From Euryarchaeota archaeon RBG_19FT_COMBO_69_17 (GTDB lineage Archaea > Thermoplasmatota > Thermoplasmata > RBG-16-68-12), in NCBI GenBank assembly GCA_001800825.1, contig MGWD01000027.1, positions 13,015 to 63,840 on the forward strand: a stretch of DNA of 50,826 nucleotides, written 5' to 3'. Each line of letters opens with the position of its first letter. Position 1 is the first letter of the stretch. The notes below the pieces were generated by a model, which did not search any database, was not told where the DNA came from, and worked only from the letters and a program-made list of their open reading frames with translations. Positions 34,166-42,100 of this stretch are shown piece by piece. The position numbers and the translations under genes are program-made.

Positions 34166-35353
34166 ATGCCGCGGGGGACGCCCTTCCACTCGAGGACAGC
34201 CGCCCTGTGCGAGTCCCACGCCTGGAGGAACTGGTCCGGCTACCTCGCCGCGAGCTCCTACACCCTCGTCCCCGAGATGGAGTACCACGCAATCCGCATG
34301 GGCGCCGCCCTCATCGACGTCTCGCCCCTGTTCAAGTACCACGTCACGGGGAAGGACGCGACCCGGCTCGTGAACAAGGTCATCACCCGGGACGCGGCGT
34401 CGTGCAAGCCGAACCAGGTCCTCTACACCCCGTGGTGCGACGAGCGCGGGAAGACCGTGGACGACGGGACCGCGTGGAACCTCGGGGACGGCTCCTGGCG
34501 CATGACGTCGGCCGAGCCGAACTTCAAGTGGCTCCAGGACAGCGGGGTCGGGATGGACGCCGAGGTCGAGGACGTCTCCGAGGACATCGCGGCGGCGGCC
34601 CTCCAGGGGCCGACCTCGCGGGCGATCCTCCACGACCTCGTGGACGGGGCCGTCGACAAGCTCCGTTTCTACCGCTTCACCCGCGCGAAGCTCGACGGGA
34701 TCGACGCGACGATCTCCCGTACCGGGTACACGGGGGACCTCGGGTACGAGGTCTGGGTCCCGCGGGAGAAAGCGGAGCGCGCGTGGGACGCCCTCATGGA
34801 CGCGGGCCGGGGCCACGGGATCGAGGCTGCGGGGATGCTCGCGCTGGACATCGCCCGCATCGAGGCGGGCTTCATCCTCGCGGAGGTCGACTACATGCCC
34901 TCGCGGAAGGCCCTCATCGACGCCCAGCGCTACTCGCCGTTCGAGCTGAGCCTCGATTGGACCGTCGCCCTCGACAAGGGCGGTTTCGTCGGGCGGCGGG
35001 CCCTCCGGGAGGAAGCCCGTCGGGGTCCGCCCCGCCGGATCGTCGGGCTCGAGGTCGACTGGGCCCGGGCGGAGCGGTTCTTCCACGAGAAGGGCCTCCC
35101 CGCGGAGCCCCCTCGCCTCGCCTGGCGATCCAACGTCCCCGTGTACGCGGGGATGTGGCAGGTCGGGCGGGCGACGAGCGGCACGTGGTCTCCCCTCCTC
35201 AAGCGGTACCTCGTCCTCGCGACGGTCGACGCCGGGTACGCGGCGGAGGGCACGGAGCTCGAGATGGAGATCACGGTCGAGGGGGAACGGAAGCGCGCGC
35301 CGGCCCGCGTCGTGAAGCGGCCGTTCTTCGATCCCCCGCGGAAGAAGGCGTGA
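34166..35353 (+). CDS. GcvT-family aminomethyltransferase-like (folate-binding) protein
   Basis: 395 aa. It has ISRTGYTGDLGYEVW and an overall GcvT / sarcosine-oxidase-C-terminal pattern. Confidence 0.85.
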   Translation: MPRGTPFHSRTAALCESHAWRNWSGYLAASSYTLVPEMEYHAIRMGAALIDVSPLFKYHVTGKDATRLVNKVITRDAASCKPNQVLYTPWCDERGKTVDDGTAWNLGDGSWRMTSAEPNFKWLQDSGVGMDAEVEDVSEDIAAAALQGPTSRAILHDLVDGAVDKLRFYRFTRAKLDGIDATISRTGYTGDLGYEVWVPREKAERAWDALMDAGRGHGIEAAGMLALDIARIEAGFILAEVDYMPSRKALIDAQRYSPFELSLDWTVALDKGGFVGRRALREEARRGPPRRIVGLEVDWARAERFFHEKGLPAEPPRLAWRSNVPVYAGMWQVGRATSGTWSPLLKRYLVLATVDAGYAAEGTELEMEITVEGERKRAPARVVKRPFFDPPRKKA

Positions 35354-35408
35354 ACTCTCGGGTCCCCGGCAATCCATTTATCGGAGTTCCGGGTTGCGGC
35401 CCGTGGCG

Positions 35409-36971
35409 ATGCCGTCCTTCGACGCGATCATCATCGGCGGGGGCCACAACGGGCTCATCGCCGCCGCGTACCTCGCGAGGGCGGGCCTGAGGGCCCTCGT
35501 CCTCGAGCGCCGCCCGATCCTAGGGGGCGCGAGCATCACGGAGGAGATCCACCCCGGGTTCCGCGTGAGCACGCTCGCGTACGCATGCGGCCTCCTGCGG
35601 TCGGAGATCAAGGAGGAGCTCGAGCTCGAGCGATTCGGCCTCGACGAACGTCCGTACGACCCGTCCCAGTTTCTGCCGTTCCCCGACGGGAGGCACCTCC
35701 TGTTCCGTCACGACGCGGCGTGGAACGCGGAGCAGGTCGCGAAGTTCTCCAGGGCGGACGCGCAGGCCCTCCCCCGGTACGAACGGTTCTGGAGGGAGTT
35801 CGCGGAGCTCGTGGAGCCCACGCTCCTCGCCCCGCCCGTCTCCCTCGCGGACCTCGTGTCCCTCGTGCGGACCCCCGAGGCGGAGGACTTCCTCCGCCAG
35901 CTCATGCTCCGCTCCGTCGCGGACCTCCTCGACGACTTCTTCGAGTCCGACGAGGTCAAGGCGTCCTTCGCGACGAGCGCGGTCGCAGGCACCCTCGCAG
36001 GGCCCCGGACCCCCGGCACGGCGTTCGTCCTCGGCCACCACACCCTCGGGACGATCCGGGGCCAGAAGGGGGTGTGGGGCTGGGTACGGGGTGGGATGGG
36101 GGCGATCCCCGATGCGATCGCCCGGGCGGCCCGCGCACACGGGGCGGAGATCCGCACGTCCGCACCCGTCTCCCGGATCCTCGTGCGGGACGGCCGCGTC
36201 GCGGGCGTGGAGATTCTGGACGGGGCGCGGATCGAGTCCCGGGTCGTCGTGAGCGGCGTAGACCCCCGGCGCACGTTCCTTGGCCTCGTCGGCGCGGACC
36301 ACCTGCCCGAGGACTTCGTGCGGGCCGTCGCGCGGATCCGCATGGAGTCGTCCTCGTTCAAGTTGAACCTCGCCCTCCGGGAGCTGCCCGACATCACCGC
36401 GGTCCCCGGGACCCACCTCCAGGACCACCACCGGGCGATCCTCGACATCGCGCCGTCCATGGACTACCTCGAGAGGGCCTTCGACGACGCGAAGTACGGC
36501 CGGCCGTCCCGGGAGCCGTTCCTCGAGTTCGTGATCCAGAGCGCGAACGACCCGACCGTCGCGCCGCCGGGGATGCACACCCTCACCGTGTCCGCGAAGT
36601 TCGCCCCTTTCGATCTCGCGAAGGGCACCTGGGACGACGAGGGGGAGGCGTTCGCGGACCGCATCCTCGAGACCCTCGAGGCGTACGCCCCGAACCTCCG
36701 GCGGGCCGTCGTCGCGAAGCACATCTACACGCCGCTCGACATGGAACGGGAGCACGGGATGACCCGGGGGGACGTGTTCCACGGGGCGATCCTGCCGTAC
36801 CAGATGTTCTCGTTCCGCCCCGTCCCGGGCTGGTCCCAGTACCGGACCCCCGTCGAGGGGCTCTACCTGGGCGGGGCCGGCGCCCACCCGGGCGGCGGCG
36901 TCCTCGGCGCCCCGGGTCGGAACGCGGCCACGGCGGTCCTCGAGGACTGGCCCCGTCTCAAGGGCGCCTGA
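35409..36971 (+). CDS. PYROXD2-like FAD/NAD(P) oxidoreductase, paralog 3
   Basis: ATG at 35409 (MPSFDAIIIGGGHNGLIAAAYLARAG). The listed TTG at 35394 is possible. It ends with the same C-terminal motif, RPVPGWSQYRTPVEGLYLGGAGAHPGGGV. Confidence 0.85.
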   Translation: MPSFDAIIIGGGHNGLIAAAYLARAGLRALVLERRPILGGASITEEIHPGFRVSTLAYACGLLRSEIKEELELERFGLDERPYDPSQFLPFPDGRHLLFRHDAAWNAEQVAKFSRADAQALPRYERFWREFAELVEPTLLAPPVSLADLVSLVRTPEAEDFLRQLMLRSVADLLDDFFESDEVKASFATSAVAGTLAGPRTPGTAFVLGHHTLGTIRGQKGVWGWVRGGMGAIPDAIARAARAHGAEIRTSAPVSRILVRDGRVAGVEILDGARIESRVVVSGVDPRRTFLGLVGADHLPEDFVRAVARIRMESSSFKLNLALRELPDITAVPGTHLQDHHRAILDIAPSMDYLERAFDDAKYGRPSREPFLEFVIQSANDPTVAPPGMHTLTVSAKFAPFDLAKGTWDDEGEAFADRILETLEAYAPNLRRAVVAKHIYTPLDMEREHGMTRGDVFHGAILPYQMFSFRPVPGWSQYRTPVEGLYLGGAGAHPGGGVLGAPGRNAATAVLEDWPRLKGA

Positions 36972-36973
36972 CC

Positions 36974-37864
36974 CTAGGTCCCGCGGGCCTGGGTTTCGTA
37001 CGGATCGAGGAAACCCGCCTCCCCGCTCTCCACGTAGTTCCGCAAGTTCACGAGCCGCTCCGACCATGCTCCGCGATCGCGGAGGACGTCCCCCGGTCGG
37101 TCCTGCGGATAGCCGACGGCCCGGAGGTACACGGCGGTCCCGCTCGCCTTCGCCTCGAGCTCGAAGGAGACGCGCATCCCTTCCGGGCCGGTGCCGCCCG
37201 CCAGGACGAGTCGCCGGTTCGTCTCGATCTCCCGAACCCGGTCGGGCCCGCCGCCCCGCCCCAGGGCGAACGCCCCACCCGGCCGTGGCTCGACGACGGC
37301 GCGACCTCGGGGGGTCCCGCCCGTGGACCAGTGGTCCACGGCGTCTGCGGCGGCGAGGGCCGCGAACACGCGGTCCGCGGGGGCCTCGATGATCGTCGTG
37401 AGGCGGACCTCGGGCTCCTCCACGGGAGCATGGTCCGGCCGGACCCCGTCGCTCCTCCCCTCCGCGATCGCCTTGAGGTTCCCGAGGCAGATCCGCCAGG
37501 CGTCGTGGACGGTCCCGCAGGTGCTCTCCGCCACGGGCACCCCCGCGTGCCGGGCGCGCAGGACCGTCGCGGCGTCGCCCTCGTCCTCGAGCTCGTACGC
37601 GACCCGCGTCGGGACGCCCGCGATGGGCCACGTGAACGCGAACCGGCGGAGGGTCTCCCCCTCGTCGATCGTCGTCTCCCAGCCCCGGCCCTCCGGGAGG
37701 ACGATGCACGTCTCCCCGCCGAACTTGAACGACCCGCCGACCCGCGGCTCGATCCGCGCCCAGCCGCAGAACCAGCGGGCGAGGTGTTCGATCCGCAGGA
37801 GGCGCTCGAAGACGACGCCGCGGGGCGCGCGGATGCGCATCCGGATGTCGTAGTCCGTGCCCAT
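36974..37864 (-). CDS. tandem SRPBCC (AHSA1/START-like) domain protein
   Basis: It has two repeats of the pattern I.AP...VF..L......WF/W...., each about 140 aa. The start is ATG 37864, and 37906 is also possible. Confidence 0.7.
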   Translation of the reverse strand: MGTDYDIRMRIRAPRGVVFERLLRIEHLARWFCGWARIEPRVGGSFKFGGETCIVLPEGRGWETTIDEGETLRRFAFTWPIAGVPTRVAYELEDEGDAATVLRARHAGVPVAESTCGTVHDAWRICLGNLKAIAEGRSDGVRPDHAPVEEPEVRLTTIIEAPADRVFAALAAADAVDHWSTGGTPRGRAVVEPRPGGAFALGRGGGPDRVREIETNRRLVLAGGTGPEGMRVSFELEAKASGTAVYLRAVGYPQDRPGDVLRDRGAWSERLVNLRNYVESGEAGFLDPYETQARGT

Positions 37865-37976
37865 GGGGTGCCGCCGGACAAGCGGCGCGGCCTCTTGAAG
37901 GTACACCTAGGAACCGAACCTATTTCCGTCCCACCGTGGTCCCGAGGCGCGGTCGGCAGGACGGAGGCCTACGGAG

Positions 37977-39146
37977 ATGGGACGCGCATACGCGGTCGTC
38001 GGCGCGGGGCGGCAGGGGACGGCGGCGGCCTACGACATGGCGAGGTTCGGCGACGCGGACGAGGTCGTCCTCGCGGACGTGGACCTGGCGCGGGCGCGGA
38101 AGGCCGCGGCGCGGGTGAACCGCCTGGTGTCCCACCGGGTCGCGCGGGGCGTCACGGCCGACGTGCGCCGGGAGGCGTCCGTTCGACGCGTCCTCCGGGA
38201 CGCGGACGTCGCCCTGAGCGCGGTCCCGTACTTCTTCAACCTGGGGCTCGCGAAGCTCGCCCTCGAGACGAAGACCTCCTTCGTCGACCTCGGAGGCAAC
38301 ACGGACATCGTCCGGAAGGAACAGGCCCTCGACCGGCAGGCGAGGAAGGCGGGGGTCGCAATCGTCCCGGACTGCGGGATGGGCCCGGGCCTCAACGTGA
38401 CCTTGTCCGTCCGCTCGATGGAGCTGCTCGACGTCCCCGAGCGCGTCGTCGTGTACGACGGGGGCCTGCCCCAGGACCCGAAGCCCCCGTGGAACTACGA
38501 GCTCACGTTCAATATCGAGGGCCTGACGAACGAGTACCACGGCACGGCGCCCGCGATCCGGGACGGGCGGGTCGTCCGGCTGCCCGGCTTCTCGGAGTAC
38601 GAAGTCGTGGACGTCCCGGGCGTGGGGCGCCTCGAGGCGTTCGTCGTCGCGAGCAGCCTGTCCACGGCCCCGTGGTCCTTCCTGGGGATCCTGAAGTCCT
38701 ACGAGGGCAAGATCCTCCGGTACCCCGGCCACTTCGCCCAGATGACCGCGTTCCGGGACCTGGGCCTCTTCGAACTCGAGCCCGTCGTCGTCGACGGGAG
38801 GCCCGTCGTCCCGCGCCACGTGTTCCACGCCCTCTACGAGTCCCAGGTCACGCCGAAACAGATCCGGGACGTGTGCATCGAACGGGCCGTGGCCCGCGGG
38901 ACGAAGGACGGCCGCCCCGCGGAGGCCGTCGTCGAGCTCGTCGACCGGGCCGACGAGGCCACCGGCTTCACGTCGATGGAGCGGCTCACGGGCTGGCACG
39001 CGGCGATCGTGGCGGAGATGATCGCGCACGGCCGAATCCCTCCGGGCGCCCATCCCGTCGAGCTCGGCGTGCCCGCGGGCCCCTTCGTCGAGGAAGGGCG
39101 CCGCCGCGGCCTTCGGATCACGGAAGAGGTGCGGCCGACGGCTTGA
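37977..39146 (+). CDS. saccharopine dehydrogenase-family protein (lysine-6-dehydrogenase-like)
   Basis: It has the N-terminal Rossmann motif YAVVGAGRQG and the family motif PDCGMGPGLNV. Confidence 0.75.
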   Translation: MGRAYAVVGAGRQGTAAAYDMARFGDADEVVLADVDLARARKAAARVNRLVSHRVARGVTADVRREASVRRVLRDADVALSAVPYFFNLGLAKLALETKTSFVDLGGNTDIVRKEQALDRQARKAGVAIVPDCGMGPGLNVTLSVRSMELLDVPERVVVYDGGLPQDPKPPWNYELTFNIEGLTNEYHGTAPAIRDGRVVRLPGFSEYEVVDVPGVGRLEAFVVASSLSTAPWSFLGILKSYEGKILRYPGHFAQMTAFRDLGLFELEPVVVDGRPVVPRHVFHALYESQVTPKQIRDVCIERAVARGTKDGRPAEAVVELVDRADEATGFTSMERLTGWHAAIVAEMIAHGRIPPGAHPVELGVPAGPFVEEGRRRGLRITEEVRPTA

Positions 39147-39148
39147 CC

Positions 39149-42100
39149 CTACGTCCGGCCGTTCGCGGGACCCGGACCCGGGCCCTTCGGCGCCTCGAGA
39201 GGGCTCAGCCCGCGCATGAATCCGCCCGTCTCCTTCGCCCCGTAGAGGCGTTCGAGGAGCAGCTTGACGTCCGAGATCCGGTCCATGTCCCCGTTCCAGT
39301 CCACGAGGACGCCCTTGAACCGCTTCTCGACCTCGCGCACGACCTCCTGGGCTCGGCGGTCGATCCGGCCCGAGGCGCGCCCGCGGTACAGGACGAGGAG
39401 GGTCACGTACTGCCCCTTCGCGAGGGCGACCCGGTGGTCCGCGAGCTCGATGCTCTTGAGTTCCCCGACTCCCAGGGAATGGAAGGACTCGTTCATGAAG
39501 GCCTGGATCGCCGTGAACATGGAGGCGACGAGGTCGGGGTCCTTGTCCGCCGTGAGTGTGCGGGACAGGTGGACGAGGGGGATCCCTCCTCCGTAGATCA
39601 GGAACACGTGCTCGGTCGTGGAGCGAAGGGCGCGCGTCATGACGATCACGACGCCCGCCCCGGCGAGGGCGAGGAGCCAGGGGAGCAGGGTCGAGAACAG
39701 GTCCGGGCCGACGATCTGGACGCTCAGGGTGAGGTACGTCGCGAGCTCGAAGTCCAGGATGCTCACGTTGACGAGGTCTTCCCGCACGCTGTCGGGGTAG
39801 TCGAAGATTACGAGGAGGCCCTGGGTCTGGACGTAGGGGTGGGTCGTCCAGGCCCGGAGCGCGTCCCCCTCGACGTCCCATACGTAGTCGAAGAGGTTGA
39901 AGAAGAACGAATGGTCCCGCGACACGATGACGGGGATCTCGGTGAAGCGCGGCGCATCGTTCACGGGCCTTACGGTGACCTTGATCGTGTCCTCCGAATA
40001 GGCCCCCCGCTCGTCCCGCGCGCGGAACGTGACCTGTTCGATTCCGTACCAGTCCGGGACCTGGCTCTGGAAGTCGACGGAGTGGTCCGTCCGGATCGTG
40101 ACCTCGAGGTTCACCTGGCCCGAGGTGTAGAAGATCGTTGAGCCTGGGTCCACGTCGATGAAGTACGTGTCGAGGTTGAAGGCTCCGACGCGGGGGACGT
40201 CCTCGAGGAAGCTCTGGTCCGGGATCGGGATCACGAGCACGGGCGGGTGGTCGTCTGTCACGGAGACGCTCGTGATGAGCCGTCCCTCGTCGACCGTGTC
40301 GTTCGCCACGATCACGAGCGGCAGGACATACGGCGTCGTCAGGAAGGGCGGGATGGAGAAAGGGAACAGCATCTCGAGGACGGTCCCGTTCACGGTCACG
40401 TACGCGGGTTTGTCCGTCGAGATGCGGATCTCGGAGAGGGCGTTGTCGGGGTCCGTGATGTGCGGCGCGAGGTCGAAGCGGTACGTCTCGTTGTAGTGGA
40501 CGACGAACGGCGGGAGGTAGGCGATCGACGGCGGGTCGTTCACGGGCTGGACCGTCACGAGGATCGTATCCTCCGCGATGGCCCCCTGGGGGTCCTCCGC
40601 CCGGAACGTGAGGGACTCCGCCCCGAACCAGTTCCCGAGGGCCCGGATGTCCACGGAGTGGTTCGCCTGGATGATCGCCTCGACATGGCTCGCGCCGTAC
40701 GAGTAGAAGAGGGCGTCGTTGTCGGGGTCCTGGAAGTAGTCGTCGAGGTCGAAGACCCCCGTCCGCAGCTCCCCCTCCCACAGGGTCACGTCCTCGAGGG
40801 ACCGTATGAGGACGGGCGGGGTGTCGTCCGAGACGCCGATTGCCGCGGAGTGCCTCGCCTGGAGCTGGCCGTCGTCGACCGTGAAGATCACGAAGTCCCA
40901 GGGCTCCGCGTAGTTGGCGGGGTAGTTGAAGCGGACCGTGAGGTTCCCCGTGAACCCCGTCACGTGGGGACTGTTCGTCACGAGGCGGAGCTCGCTGTCC
41001 AGGTTGTCGATGTCGAAGATGTGGGGGCCGAAGTCGAAGTAATAGGGAGCGCCGCGGCGGACGTGCATCGTGGTTGGCGCGAAGGGACCGAAGACGGGGG
41101 CGTCGTTGACCGGAGTGATGTTGACCCAGAGGGGCTGGGCATCATACCGGTTCCCCTCGTCGAAGATGATGAGGGTCACCACGTTCGACCCGTAGGCGTT
41201 CGGCTGGGGGTAGAAGGTGAGGGTGTGGTTCCCCGTGATGTTCCCGCCCTGGTACTCGAAGAGGCTTCGGTTGACCCCCGCGAGGTCCCAGCGTCGGAGC
41301 TGGATCGGGGTGTCAGGGTCTTGGGAGTAGCTCGTGAGATCGAGGGACCAGCTGTACGTGTCCTCCGGGTAGATCTGGTTCGGGACCGTACCGCGGATCG
41401 AAGGTTCCAGGTTCTCGTTGTACAGGACGTCGAGGACCGGGACGAACGTCGCGTTCCCTTCGCGGGATGCGAGGGTCGTGATCCCGGGCACGCTTTCGTC
41501 GGACGCCTTGATCACGAGGCCGACGTTGGGCTGGGCCAGGCTCGTCCAGGACTGCACGAGGCTCGTGACGTTCCAAGAGGCCCAAGCGCCCGTGGCGGGG
41601 GAAAGGGCGAGCGCGGCCCGCGTCGCGTCGTAGTCCGAGCCGGGGGCCGCCCACAAGGTCGTCCCGTCCGTCGTGCGCCACGTCACGCCGGTCCCCGAGA
41701 GGCTCTCGTGGGCCGGCAACGTCGGCAGGAGGAGGGGGGCCCCGTCGGGCGAGTTCCCGTCGAGGAACCGCCCCGTCATGTTGTAGTTGTACCCCGTCAT
41801 CCGGAAGTCGTGCCCGAGGCTCGCGGTCGAGTACGCGTACGTCCGGTCGCGGGAACTGAAGACGATCTCCATTGTCCCGTCCCCGTCGAGGTCCGCGACG
41901 GCGGGGGTCGCCGTGACACCCGTCGTGGTCGGGAAGGACCGGATGAGGCCGCCCGAGGTCGTCGGGTCGAAGACGTACAGGTTCCCCGCCCAGCTCCCGA
42001 TCAGGACGTCCTCCACGCCGTCGAGGGTCACGTCCGCGGCCGCGGGCACCGCGTACACGGCGCCGCTCACGCCGGACGTCCAGAGGGTGTTCGGGTTCGG

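Noticed and set aside
36991-37016. Inverted repeat GGGTTTC-N12-GAAACCC at the convergent ends of PYROXD2-like paralog 3 and the SRPBCC gene, considered as a possible bidirectional terminator.
   Set aside because: It lies inside the SRPBCC coding sequence (it encodes ...GFLDPYETQ), and no T-run follows it. Archaeal termination relies mainly on oligo-T.
39701-41407. Periodic nucleotide repeats that could be mistaken for a repeat array or CRISPR.
   Set aside because: The period is about 570-585 nt, the copies are diverged, and they lie inside one continuous reading frame. They are coding domain repeats. No short direct repeat/spacer architecture exists anywhere in the window.
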